Below are positions 44,713 to 54,440 of a DNA stretch of 64,000 nt, in pieces; the stretch's first letter is position 1, and each line of letters starts with the position of its first letter. The stretch is from Gemmatimonadota bacterium. GTDB lineage: Bacteria > Gemmatimonadota > Gemmatimonadetes > Palauibacterales > Palauibacteraceae. Made by a program: the position numbers and the translations under genes. Below the pieces are notes generated by a model. The model had not been told where the DNA came from and did not search any database. It saw nothing but the letters and a program-made list of their open reading frames with translations. Where the stretch lies: positions 8,027 through 72,026 of the forward strand of contig JBDHBD010000021.1 of assembly GCA_039587755.1 (NCBI GenBank), in the 5' to 3' direction.

Positions 44713-46794
44713 CTACCTTCTCGGGAGTGCGAAAGCCACCAAGTAGTCACCCTCTCCATGCGACCCGCCCCCGGCCGCGGCGATGACCACGTACTGTCGC
44801 CCGCTGGGGCCCCGATACGTCATCGGTGTGGCCTGACCAATCGCCGGCAGTTCCGCCTTCCAAAGTTCCTCGCCCGTGTCGATGTCGAAGGCTCTGAGCG
44901 CGGGGTCATCCGTGGAGGCGATGAACACGAGCCCGCCGGCCGTCGCGATCGGCCCGCCGAGGTTAATCGAACCGGCGTTGTCAGGAAGTAGGCGTAGCGT
45001 CTCCGAATCGCCCACGGGCATGCGCCCCAACGGCGTTTCCCACAGCCGCTCGCCCGTAGCTAGGCTCACGGCGACTAGCGCCCCGAAAGGCGGCGGCGTG
45101 CACGGGATCCCGGAGGGTGAGCGCAGGCTGCGCCGCCGCATCGCGTACGGGGTGCCTACCATGATGTTGTACTCGTAGCCCAGACCCAGGCGGCCCGACT
45201 CCGCCTCGGCACTGTCCCGACTGAATCCTTCGGCCGGAATGAGCTGAACCATCGCGGCGTGCCGGTTGACGGGTACGACCGCGATCTGGCGCACCGGGTC
45301 AAAGGTCAGACCGCCCCAATGCGCTCCACCGATGGTCGACGGCATGACGAGAGTGCCCTGAAGACTCGGTGGCGTGAAGATCCCCTCGTTTCGGAGAGCG
45401 CCGAGGATCTCCCGACACGCTTCCCGTTCCTCTTCGGTGACTCCGAACGCGTCCTCTGGTGTCACCTGGTGAGGGCTCAAGGGGTGGATCGCCGCCGTAA
45501 AGGGCTGGGTCGGCCAGGTCTCTTCTCCCGGCACGTCACTCGCTGGCACAGGTCGCTCCTCGACCTCGAAAAGGGCCTCGCCCGTCTCTCGGTGGAGCAC
45601 GAATAGCATACCGGTCTTCGTGGCCTGGAGAACGGCTGGAATCTCGATCTCAGCCTGAGGTCCTCCGTCAGGCTCACCTGATCGGCGCAAGGTCACTAGC
45701 GCCGGCGGAGACGCGTTGTCGTAATCCCACAGGTCGTGGTGCACCGTCTGGAAATCCCACACCACTTTGCCGGTCTGGGCGTCCAGCGCCACGATCGAGT
45801 TCCCGTACCGTCCGGCTCCTTTTCGAAGACCGCCGTAGTAGTCCGGGGCCGGGCTCGAAGTCGGCGCGAAGACGAGACCCCGTTGTGGGTCCGCAGTCAT
45901 GACCGACCACACGTTCGCGCTGCCTGTCAGCGCGGGGCTACCCTCCTGCCACGTTTCGAACGCCGGATCAAGCGGAGTCTGGGGGATCGGATCCCAGCTC
46001 CATCGAAGCTGGCCCGTACGGACGTCGAACGCGCGGACCTCGCCGCTGGCCGGCGCCCGGCGGCTGTTGTCCGCAATCGCCGAGCCCGTGATCACAAGAT
46101 CGCCAACGACGAGGGGTGGCGATGTGACCTGGTACGCCGGGTACTCGAAGGGCGCTATGCGGAGTCCCCGTCGGAGGTCGATCTGCCCTGACCCGCCGAA
46201 ATCCTGACATGGCCTGCCGTCGGCCGCGTCGAGCGCGATCAGTCTCGCGTCGATCGTCGCCGCGAAAATTCGACGGTCACAGCCCGACGTAGAACGGGTC
46301 GAGGGGTCGACCCTTCCGCTCCCCGTCGAGGCCGCCGCCACGAGGGCCGGGTCGACCCATATGGACACCCCGCGACTCGCGAAATCGCCGTAACTCTCAA
46401 ACCGGTCGATTCGCGCATCGTGGACCCAGAGCTCTTCACCTGTGTCCGCGTCGAGCGCGATCACGCGACCGAGAGGTGTACTCAGGTACATGATCCCCTC
46501 GACGACAATGGGGGTTGCCTCGAGCGTGGGTTCTTCACGAGTGGCGAAACCAGGGTCTGCTTCCCCTGTTTCGTAGCGCCATGCCACGGTGAGCTGCCGG
46601 ACGTTGGAGCGGTCTACTTCGTCCAGGCGCGAATAGCGGGAGCCGAATACGTCACCGCCGTAGGCCCACCATTCCGACCCGGGGGCTCCTCTTACGCCCG
46701 CATTGTCGGTTGAGTCCGCCCCAGCGCACGCCGAGAGAACCAGGGCCAATCCCGTGGCCCCGGTAATCAGCCGCCAAGAGGAAGCGGCGCTCAC
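44713..46794 (-). CDS. PQQ-dependent dehydrogenase (quinoprotein, 8-bladed propeller), lipoprotein/secreted
   Basis: Lipoprotein signal (LALVLSACAG) and repeated W-motif propeller pattern typical of PQQ glucose/alcohol dehydrogenases. GTG start overlaps the stop of the upstream gene. Confidence 0.75.
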   Translation of the reverse strand: MSAASSWRLITGATGLALVLSACAGADSTDNAGVRGAPGSEWWAYGGDVFGSRYSRLDEVDRSNVRQLTVAWRYETGEADPGFATREEPTLEATPIVVEGIMYLSTPLGRVIALDADTGEELWVHDARIDRFESYGDFASRGVSIWVDPALVAAASTGSGRVDPSTRSTSGCDRRIFAATIDARLIALDAADGRPCQDFGGSGQIDLRRGLRIAPFEYPAYQVTSPPLVVGDLVITGSAIADNSRRAPASGEVRAFDVRTGQLRWSWDPIPQTPLDPAFETWQEGSPALTGSANVWSVMTADPQRGLVFAPTSSPAPDYYGGLRKGAGRYGNSIVALDAQTGKVVWDFQTVHHDLWDYDNASPPALVTLRRSGEPDGGPQAEIEIPAVLQATKTGMLFVLHRETGEALFEVEERPVPASDVPGEETWPTQPFTAAIHPLSPHQVTPEDAFGVTEEEREACREILGALRNEGIFTPPSLQGTLVMPSTIGGAHWGGLTFDPVRQIAVVPVNRHAAMVQLIPAEGFSRDSAEAESGRLGLGYEYNIMVGTPYAMRRRSLRSPSGIPCTPPPFGALVAVSLATGERLWETPLGRMPVGDSETLRLLPDNAGSINLGGPIATAGGLVFIASTDDPALRAFDIDTGEELWKAELPAIGQATPMTYRGPSGRQYVVIAAAGGGSHGEGDYLVAFALPRR

Positions 46795-48305
46795 ATCGTC
46801 GGCTGCACGTTGGCGTTCAGGCGGAACAGATTCTCCGGGTCGTACTCGTTCTTGATCTGCACCAGCCGACTGTGGTTTTCCCGGTAGTTGCGGCTGACGG
46901 TCGGGGCCGTATGGTCGATCTCTAGGTCGTTCACGTAGAACCCCGTGGTGAACGACTCGATGGGCGACCAGAACTGCTTGATCCAAGCGATGTGCTCGCT
47001 GCCGTCTCGACCGAAGGGCCAGTTGACGAAGCTCAACAGGTTGCCCATCGCATCGCGGTGCGCGAAAGCGGTGGCGTCGTTGGCGACGCGCCCGATCACG
47101 CCTCCGCTCTGTTGCAGAAAGACCGCGGTGCTGCGCGACGGGTGCCCCTCCAGGCCCTCGACGATCCTCGAGACCAGCCCCTCCGGCATCTCCGTGATGA
47201 ACCCGCTCTTCAGGTAGGATGCGCGGGCTCTCGGATCGTCCGTGTCACCGGAGCGCTGTAGAGCTACGTAGTCCATGGCCTGGATAGTGTCGGCAATCGG
47301 GGTGCCGATCTTGCGAATGGGCGCGAACACGCTTTCCGCGTCACTCTCCTGCCCCGAGTAACAGCAGACGAAGCCGGCGGAGCCCGGCTCACCTCCCGGC
47401 GGGTGGGACACGAAGAACCCGATATCCAGCTCGTCGGGCGCCTCGTGGCTGAACTCGGAGAAGAAGCTCAACACGTCTCGAGCTTTGTCGATCGGGAATA
47501 CGATGTTGCCGGCGACGACCTGCCGCTGCATCGGGTGGAGCTGGAACAGGAAGGAGGTGACGATCCCGAAGTTCCCGCCGCCTCCGCGGACGCCCCAGAA
47601 CAGATCCTCGTTCTCGTCGGCGCTCGCACGGAGGAGCTGGCCGTCGGCCGTCACCACATCCACGGCCAGGAGATTGTCGACCGAGAGTCCGAAGCGTCGT
47701 CCCAGTCGCCCGAAGCCTCCTCCCGTGACCAACCCGCCGGCACCCGTGTGCGACACCGTGCCCATCGTGGTGACCAGGTCGTGCGCCATTGCTTCGTGGT
47801 CCACCTGCCCCAGCAGGCTGCCTCCCGTCACTCGTGCCGTGCGAGCCACCGGATCGACTCGACAATCCCGGAAGTGTGCAAGGTCGATCTGCATACCGCG
47901 GTCGCACGTCGATTTGCCCGAGGAGCTGTGTCCTCCGCATTTCACGGCGAGCAACAGATTGTCGTGCTCGCGCGCGAAGCTCACGGCGGTTCGGACATCC
48001 GCCGCTCCGGTCGGCTGCACGACGAGTGCGGGGTGCTTGTCAAAGGACGGATTAAGGAGGAGCCGCGCCTCGTTATACCCGTCGTCTCCGGCCAGTAGCA
48101 CGCGCCCCCTCAAACGGGCGCTCAGATCTGCGATGTCCTTGCCGCTGATTGTGATTTCGCCCCCAGCTCCCGTAACCGCGTCGACGTCGGGCGGGACCTG
48201 TGGAGCTTCCTGGAACAAGGGACTGGCGCGTAACGAGCGGCCATAAGGAATCGATGCGGCCGCCGCAGCGGCGAAGGAGGAACGGATGAACGTGCGTCGC
48301 TTCAT
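46791..48305 (-). CDS. FAD-linked oxidase (PCMH-type FAD-binding, BBE/vanillyl-alcohol-oxidase-like) with Tat signal
   Basis: Twin-arginine leader MKRRTFIRSSFAAAAAASIP, FAD-binding domain pattern and a C-terminal BBE-like region. ATG 48305 with GGAGG RBS. Confidence 0.75.
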   Translation of the reverse strand: MKRRTFIRSSFAAAAAASIPYGRSLRASPLFQEAPQVPPDVDAVTGAGGEITISGKDIADLSARLRGRVLLAGDDGYNEARLLLNPSFDKHPALVVQPTGAADVRTAVSFAREHDNLLLAVKCGGHSSSGKSTCDRGMQIDLAHFRDCRVDPVARTARVTGGSLLGQVDHEAMAHDLVTTMGTVSHTGAGGLVTGGGFGRLGRRFGLSVDNLLAVDVVTADGQLLRASADENEDLFWGVRGGGGNFGIVTSFLFQLHPMQRQVVAGNIVFPIDKARDVLSFFSEFSHEAPDELDIGFFVSHPPGGEPGSAGFVCCYSGQESDAESVFAPIRKIGTPIADTIQAMDYVALQRSGDTDDPRARASYLKSGFITEMPEGLVSRIVEGLEGHPSRSTAVFLQQSGGVIGRVANDATAFAHRDAMGNLLSFVNWPFGRDGSEHIAWIKQFWSPIESFTTGFYVNDLEIDHTAPTVSRNYRENHSRLVQIKNEYDPENLFRLNANVQPTM

Positions 48306-48457
48306 GAATGCCTCCGGCTGCTGGGACCAAGCGCGGAAAGCTGCAGATATAGGTGAGGCTGGGACGTTCGGCAATCGCTTTCTAATGGCGCACGGTGGAC
48401 GTGAGGTTCACAATGTCCTGGAAGAGGTGGGTCACTATGTAGAGGGAGGCGTGATTG

Positions 48458-48883
48458 ATGAAGATTGTCGTCGGCAGTGTTTGCGCGCTGTTATGGCTCG
48501 TGTACGTCGGACAGTTTATATCATCCGTTAACTTCCCCCTGGCGCAGAGGCTCGGTTTGCAGGAGAAGGCAGACGACACCGATGCTCTGGCAAGTCGTCT
48601 CGAGCTGGGTACGGCACGCTGGGACTTGCTGTCGCTGTGGACCTTGCCGGTCGCATGCATCTTGTTGCTGATGGATCATTCCTGGTGGCCGTATATGGCG
48701 CTCATCGGCGGCGGCGTCTACGTGGATACCGGTGGACGCGAGGCGGTCAAGTGGTTGGGCCTGCGCAGCCGGGGTGTCCGGGTCGGGACCCCGCAGGAGT
48801 TCCGGCTCGCAATGGGGCTGTTCATGTTCCTGGTGGCGGTCGGCGCGATCACGATCGTTCTCGCTCTCGTCGAAGTGGCGTGA
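48458..48883 (+). CDS. hypothetical small membrane protein
   Basis: Four predicted TM helices; RBS GAGGGAGG; sits in a locally lower-GC stretch. Its stop overlaps the start of the ankyrin gene (GTGATGG). Confidence 0.45.
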   Translation: MKIVVGSVCALLWLVYVGQFISSVNFPLAQRLGLQEKADDTDALASRLELGTARWDLLSLWTLPVACILLLMDHSWWPYMALIGGGVYVDTGGREAVKWLGLRSRGVRVGTPQEFRLAMGLFMFLVAVGAITIVLALVEVA

Positions 48884-49668
48884 TGGAAGAGGCGTTCTTG
48901 ACCGCCGTCGAGCTTCACTCGATCGATGGCATTCGAGCCGTACTCGAAGCCGGCCTCGATCCGGCTTCATCCATTCGTGGCAAGTTACCGGTCGAGTGGC
49001 TGACGCAGATGTACACGCGATCACCGCGCTTCTCGGACTGCCTGAGGATGCTGCTCGAAGCGGGCGCCACGCTGGATGACCCGAGTCTGGCGGCGGTCCT
49101 CCTCGATGATGCGGAAAGTCTCGCGGCAGCGATTGGCGGCGATCGCTCCCTTCTCGAGCTACGCACGACGGTGACGTCTGCGTTCACACCGCTCGAGGGC
49201 GCGCCGCTGCTGCACGTGGCCGCCGAGTACGGGAATGCGAGGGCGGCTCGCGTGCTCATCGAGGCGGGGTGCGACGTCGAGGCCAGAGCGTCGATCGACG
49301 AGTACGGGCTGGGTGGTCATACGGCCCTGTTCCACACGGTCAATTCGAACGACAACTACGCGCAGCCCATCCTGCGCTTGCTGCTGAAGGCGGGAGCACG
49401 GACCGATGTGCGTCTCCAAGGAATCATTTGGGGCAAGGGCTTCGCGTGGGAAACAACCCTGTTCGACGTCACACCGGTCTCGTACGCGCAAGCGGGACTG
49501 CTCCCCCAGATGCACCGCGAGCCGGCGGACATCTACGACAACATCGAGTTGATGCTCCGAACCTCGCACCGACCCGTCCCACCCCGGGTCAACGTGCCGA
49601 ACGAGTACCTGACGGACGACTCCGACTCGCGAGTGGGCGGGCACACCTCCGGAGGAGCGGATGGCTGA
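48883..49668 (+). CDS. ankyrin-repeat protein
   Basis: Repeated …G(A/H)T(A/P)LH.A…N…(V/L)LLEAGA(D/T)… units (≥4 repeats) over 261 aa. Confidence 0.7.
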   Translation: MEEAFLTAVELHSIDGIRAVLEAGLDPASSIRGKLPVEWLTQMYTRSPRFSDCLRMLLEAGATLDDPSLAAVLLDDAESLAAAIGGDRSLLELRTTVTSAFTPLEGAPLLHVAAEYGNARAARVLIEAGCDVEARASIDEYGLGGHTALFHTVNSNDNYAQPILRLLLKAGARTDVRLQGIIWGKGFAWETTLFDVTPVSYAQAGLLPQMHREPADIYDNIELMLRTSHRPVPPRVNVPNEYLTDDSDSRVGGHTSGGADG

Positions 49669-50182
49669 TCGAATCGCGCAGACCGACCTGGGTCGAGGAG
49701 AGGTCGAGCTGCTAGCGGACGCGGACGGACACCGTCGACTCTTCACGACGGGGTTGGTGAAGGCGGGCGAGGTCGTCATCCGGCTCGACGGCGCAGTCTA
49801 CCCGCAGCCAAGTCGCTACAGCATTCAGGTCGGCGCGCACGCCCACCTCGATGACCTCGGCGTAGTCGAAGCCACGAACCACAGCTGCGAGCCGACGGCG
49901 TTCGTCGATTTTTCGGCCGGCGAACCCACCCACCTTCGAGCGATTCGCGACCTCCCGATCGGTACGGAGGTCACGATCAACTACTGCGCGACCGAGGAGG
50001 AGATGACCTCACCGTTTCGCTGTAATTGCGGCTCAGCGAGGTGTTATGGCGTGGTAGGCGGGTATCGGTTGCTCGAGCCTTCACAGCGAGACCGGCTGGC
50101 CAGGTGGCTCAGCCCGTATCTGGCGGCGAAGTACAGCGACGGTTACGACGCGTGGAGCAACCAGGAGAACCAGGAGAGCTGA
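49661..50182 (+). CDS. SET-domain protein (putative protein-lysine N-methyltransferase)
   Basis: NHSCEPT pseudoknot motif, …TEVTINYC… and post-SET Cys cluster FRCNCGSARCYG. Overlaps the ankyrin gene by 8 nt. Confidence 0.7.
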   Translation: MADRIAQTDLGRGEVELLADADGHRRLFTTGLVKAGEVVIRLDGAVYPQPSRYSIQVGAHAHLDDLGVVEATNHSCEPTAFVDFSAGEPTHLRAIRDLPIGTEVTINYCATEEEMTSPFRCNCGSARCYGVVGGYRLLEPSQRDRLARWLSPYLAAKYSDGYDAWSNQENQES

Positions 50183-50184
50183 TC

Positions 50185-50766
50185 ATGAACAGGCTCGGTA
50201 TCACCGCACTGGCGTTGATCGGCTTGTGCCCGGCCGTGCATGCCCTGGCGCAAGAGCCCGTCGTCGGAGCTGGAACCCGACTGAGGGTGCGAACGGCTGA
50301 GGTCGGAGCGGCAGGCGACTTAGCGGAAACGCGAGGCACACGCTTCGTGGGACATGTCGACAGAGTCTCGGCCGATTCTCTGTGGATTCACCTGGATTCG
50401 GCGGACGGCCCTCTCCTCTCGATTGACCGCGCGACGATTCAAGAGCTGGAGGTCAGTAGCGGCCGAAAGCGTAACGCCGGAAAAGGTGCACTCTGGGGTG
50501 GCGGCGTGGGGCTGGCTCTCGGGATTCTTGGCGCGATCGCCGTGGATGACTGCGGGGTGTCTATTAATGACGATTTCTTCGACTTCTGCGATGGAGAAGA
50601 GGCCACCATCATCCTGGGCAGCACGCTGACTCTTGCCGGCGTGGGTGCACTCGTCGGGCTTCTAGTAACGAGCGAGCGCTGGGTGGAGATTCCGCCCGCG
50701 AGCCTCACCCTGCGAGGCGAGGACGGACAACTCGGACTCGGAATCGAGGTGCGCTTGAGGTTGTAG
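50185..50766 (+). CDS. hypothetical secreted protein with C-terminal glycine-zipper membrane segment
   Basis: Signal peptide MNRLGITALALIGLCPAVHALA and C-terminal GxxxG-rich hydrophobic stretch. Confidence 0.4.
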   Translation: MNRLGITALALIGLCPAVHALAQEPVVGAGTRLRVRTAEVGAAGDLAETRGTRFVGHVDRVSADSLWIHLDSADGPLLSIDRATIQELEVSSGRKRNAGKGALWGGGVGLALGILGAIAVDDCGVSINDDFFDFCDGEEATIILGSTLTLAGVGALVGLLVTSERWVEIPPASLTLRGEDGQLGLGIEVRLRL

Positions 50767-50900
50767 GGCCCGCCAGGCGGTCTACGAGAAGCTGGCGTCA
50801 GAGAGCAGCACCGCTTCCTCTTGCTCGCCTGGCTCTGCGAGGGCCAGCGCGATGGCGATGGGATGCACGTAGCCGGCTTCGGGTGTCGATCTCGAGTCGA

Positions 50901-51887
50901 TCAATGCCTCGACGACGGCTTGCGCCTCTCGAATACGCCGCGCGCGGCGGGTAGCGGAGCGTCCCCATACACGTACGACTCCAGGAAGAGGCGAGCGGAG
51001 AGCGATCGCCACACGTCACCCGCGCCGAGATCGTACGGACGGCTCATCATGTCGGTGTTGGCCATTACGATGAACGTTCGTCGAACCGCGGGGGCTCGAA
51101 CGATGAGGGTCGAGGTGGCATACCAGTGTCCGTAGTGCCACTGCAGCTCGACTCCCTGCGCTGCTGGATAAACCACCCCAACCCGTACGGCAGCAGGCTC
51201 CCGCCGTTTGAGACCGCGGGGGTGAACACCGCCTGCCACGTCGCTGGCTCGAGAAACATGCCCTGATCGATTGCGCTCGCGAACGTGGCCATGTCGTGTG
51301 CGGAAGAGATCAGTCCCGCCGCCGAGCTGAACCCGATCGCATACTCGGATCGGACGACCCGTGAGCCTCTTCGTTCGTACGGCGTCGCCATGTTGGCCGT
51401 GAACTCGTCCCGATTCAGACCCGTCAGGGCGAAATTGGCCGGGTCGGAGGGGCTCGGAGCGGTGTGCCTCAACTGCACCCGGCACTCCCTCCGAGGTGTG
51501 GGTCAGAAGGTGTCGGACGAGGATGACGCCCTGGCTCGAGAGATCGATCCCGTAATCGGAGACCGGATCGTCCAAATCGAGAAGCCCCCCCTCGACGAGC
51601 TGCATGATGATGACCGAGGCAAAGGGCTTAGTGAGTGAGGCGAGGTGAAAGCATGTGGACTCCGTTACCGGCTTCCCCGCCGCGATGTCGGCGAACCCCA
51701 AGCCCCTGGTCCAAACGACTTGTGCGTCTTCCACGATGGCGGCCGACATGTCTGGGATCGCGTGCTCCACGCGGAGCGTGTCCAGGCGGGCCTCGAAACC
51801 TTGGAGACCCGGCGTGAAGTCCACTGGGAAGTTGGGTACTCCGGGCCCCGGCGCGGACGGATCGGAACCACAAGCGACCGAGACCAA
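50901..51887 (-). pseudogene. beta-lactamase-family serine hydrolase (class C/PBP-like), disrupted by two frameshifts
   Basis: SxxK active-site motif (FHLASLTKPFASVII) lies in the long frame. The central ~100 residues (…YAIGFSSAAGLISSAHDMATFASAIDQG…GLGWFIQQ) are encoded in another frame (ORF 51065..51478), and the C-terminal (…WHYGHWYATSTLIVRAP…IVMANTD) returns to the first frame. Confidence 0.55.
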
Positions 51888-52154
51888 GAACAGGGGATGA
51901 GCAGGCGGATGCGACTCATCATGTCAACCCGGTGATCAAGGAGCGTCCGCTCAACTGCATGCGCTCGGAAAAGATATGGAACTGTCCACTACGTGACTAC
52001 TCTCGAGCGAGCCCCCGTCTTGACCGGCTTCGCTGGCCCTCCGCACGTTGCTACGCGGAGCACGTATGCCGAGGGGCAGCCGCGATGGAGGAGTCGCCTC
52101 TCTATCGACGTCCGAAGGCCCGACCGACGAGAATCGAGAAGAGGAGAACCTACC

Positions 52155-52529
52155 ATGGCCCACCACGGGAAGATCCAGCTTACGCTCATCATCGTCGCCC
52201 CTCCGGAGCTGGCAGCAGAGGGTGAACGCCTCTTTCGGAGTCATGCTCCTTGGATGGAGGCTACGCATCACCGGGAAGGGGACAAAGCTCTTCTGAGCTA
52301 CAATGTGTCCAAGGCGCCAGAGCTTTCGAATCCGATGGATCCCAACTCAGCACCGACTGGAAACACGTGCTTCATCCTGACCGAGATCTATGAGACTGAG
52401 GCCGGCGTAGCCGACCACTTTCAGCAGGCAGAGACAAGTTGGGAGGACTTCCCGGCTGTCGCGGAGTGGATGGAGAAATGCTCGGTAACGGGGGTGCCGG
52501 TGGCTACGATCATCAATTCGCTTTGGTGA
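52155..52529 (+). CDS. hypothetical small protein
   Basis: 124 aa from ATG 52155 with GAGGAG RBS; no firm family. Confidence 0.4.
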   Translation: MAHHGKIQLTLIIVAPPELAAEGERLFRSHAPWMEATHHREGDKALLSYNVSKAPELSNPMDPNSAPTGNTCFILTEIYETEAGVADHFQQAETSWEDFPAVAEWMEKCSVTGVPVATIINSLW

Positions 52530-52600
52530 GCAAGCGGAGTCGGCACAGACCCGAGCCACGTACCTTGGCAACTTCTGTCACTCAACCCATGGAGGATTTC

Positions 52601-53011
52601 ATGTCCAGCACCGAGCCCGCGGCCGTCGCGGACCTGAACGCAGTCGGCCTCTCACTCAGCTTCACAGTGAACGACCTTTCGAAGAGCATTCAGTTCTACA
52701 CGGAGGGTCTCGGCTTTGAAGTCCAGGAAGAACACGAGTCCGATGGGCAACTCCGGTTCGCGCAGCTGAAGGCCGGAACCGTTCAGATCGGGCTCGGGCA
52801 GGACGATTTCGCCAAGGGACGCGACCGCGTGAAAGGTGTAGGGCACAGAACTTGGATCGCGACTTCACAGGACCTTTTCGGCCTTGCGGAGCGGGCGAAG
52901 GCAGCGGGCATCACGCTGGACAATGAACCGGAGGAGCTCCCCTGGGGGGGAATGGCGTTCGGGGTCACCGACCCCGACGGGTTCAAGGTGACCATCGCAA
53001 GCGCCGGCTGA
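52601..53011 (+). CDS. VOC-family (glyoxalase/bleomycin-resistance/dioxygenase fold) protein
   Basis: Two βαβββ half-modules (…VGLSLSFTVNDLSKSIQFYTEGLGF…, …VTDPDGFKVTI). ATG 52601 with GGAGG RBS. Confidence 0.65.
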   Translation: MSSTEPAAVADLNAVGLSLSFTVNDLSKSIQFYTEGLGFEVQEEHESDGQLRFAQLKAGTVQIGLGQDDFAKGRDRVKGVGHRTWIATSQDLFGLAERAKAAGITLDNEPEELPWGGMAFGVTDPDGFKVTIASAG

Positions 53012-53041
53012 CAGGCAGAGCGACCCTCAATGACCCGCCGC

Positions 53042-53662
53042 TTACGCTCCGCGCCTGCGGCGAACGCGCATCCCGTCCAACACCGTTCGCGTGGTGTGCC
53101 GGATGAGCCCATCGATGTCGTCCGTGGAGTGGATCTGCCCCTCGATCACCAGTGACGCCAGGCCGTGCACCGCGGCCCAGGCCGTGTAGGCCTGCGCTCG
53201 GGGATCCTGCCGTTTGATCGAGCCCGTGCGCTGGTAGGTCTGGATCACGTCGACCAGCTGTTCGAAGATGGCGGTTGCGGCCTCCCCTAACTCGGGCAGG
53301 TCTTCGCGAGTCAGCGCCTCCCTGCCGTACATCAGGCGGTAGTGCGCCGGATTCTCGATGGCGAAGCGCACGTACTCCTCGCCCATTCGCCGGAGCCGCT
53401 CGACGCTGGATCGCGGGGCACCCGCGTCGATGGTTCGCAGACGGTCTCCGAGTCGCTCGAACCCGGCCGCGGCGACCGCGACCAGAAGCGCGTTCTTGTC
53501 CGCGAAGTGGCGATACGGTGCAGCGCGCGACACGCCGAGACGACGGCCGAGCGCTCGCATCGTCACGCTCCCGGCCCCTCCCTGGTCGATCATGGCCGCG
53601 GCTTCGTCGAGCAGTGCCGCCCGAAGGTCCCCGTGATGATACGCCCTCGCCTGGTCGGTCAT
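53042..53662 (-). CDS. TetR/AcrR-family transcriptional regulator
   Basis: N-terminal HTH …SVTMRALGRRLGVSRAAPYRHFADKNALL… with the typical TetR C-terminal helical domain. Confidence 0.8.
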   Translation of the reverse strand: MTDQARAYHHGDLRAALLDEAAAMIDQGGAGSVTMRALGRRLGVSRAAPYRHFADKNALLVAVAAAGFERLGDRLRTIDAGAPRSSVERLRRMGEEYVRFAIENPAHYRLMYGREALTREDLPELGEAATAIFEQLVDVIQTYQRTGSIKRQDPRAQAYTAWAAVHGLASLVIEGQIHSTDDIDGLIRHTTRTVLDGMRVRRRRGA

Positions 53663-53664
53663 GC

Positions 53665-53731
53665 GTCAACATGGGGCAAGATGTTGACGTAGTCAACTTC
53701 TGTGGGTATGTTGTATGTTGACGTTGTCAAC
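53665..53731. promoter_or_regulatory. three palindromic TetR-type operator candidates (GTTGAC-N3-GTCAAC ×2 and GTCAACAT-N8-ATGTTGAC) in the divergent intergenic region
   Basis: Read directly at 53665-53688, 53683-53697 and 53717-53731, between the TetR start (53662) and the + gene at 53793. Confidence 0.5.
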
Positions 53732-53792
53732 ACAGCTGGCGGTTTAACCCACAGGATCAAGAGCTAGACGTCCTTAGGACGGAGAATAATGC

Positions 53793-54440
53793 ATGGCAGT
53801 CAACGAAGACCTCATAGGATTCATCCGAGAGGCCCTGAATCGGGGCCTGCCACGCGACGAGATCCGAGGCGTGCTGAGTCAGGCTGATTGGTCGGACGAA
53901 GAGGTGCAGGCAGCGCTCCGATCGTTTGCGGCGGTCGACTTCCCCATCGCCGTCCCACGGCCGCGGCCGTCGCTCTCGGCTCGAGAGGCGTTCGAGTACC
54001 TGGTCCTCTTCGGTACCCTCTATCTCAGTGCCTATGGCCTGGGAAGCCTGCTCTTCCAATTCATCAACCTCGCGTTTCCGGACCCGCTCTGGTCGCAGGA
54101 CGAAATCGACGCGATACCCGAGGTCATCCGATGGTCTATTGCATCGCTCGTGGTCGCGACGCCTGTCTTCCTCTATGCGGCAAGAACCATTAGCCGAGCG
54201 ATCGCTCTCTCACCACTGAAGAGAACCTCCCCTGTGCGCCGGTGGCTCACCTACCTGACCCTGGCGATCGCAGCAGGTATCCTTATTGGGGACTCCACCA
54301 GCCTGGTCTACAACCTCCTCGGTGGAGAAGTGACCGCCCGGTTCCTACTAAAGGCTCTGACGATCGGAATCATCGCCGGTACCGCCTTCGTCTACTATCT
54401 CCGCGATATTCGGCGAGACGAGAAGGAGGTGGGTGGATGA
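53793..54440 (+). CDS. hypothetical integral membrane protein
   Basis: Soluble N-terminal ~60 aa then 4 TM helices; divergent from TetR. Confidence 0.5.
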   Translation: MAVNEDLIGFIREALNRGLPRDEIRGVLSQADWSDEEVQAALRSFAAVDFPIAVPRPRPSLSAREAFEYLVLFGTLYLSAYGLGSLLFQFINLAFPDPLWSQDEIDAIPEVIRWSIASLVVATPVFLYAARTISRAIALSPLKRTSPVRRWLTYLTLAIAAGILIGDSTSLVYNLLGGEVTARFLLKALTIGIIAGTAFVYYLRDIRRDEKEVGG

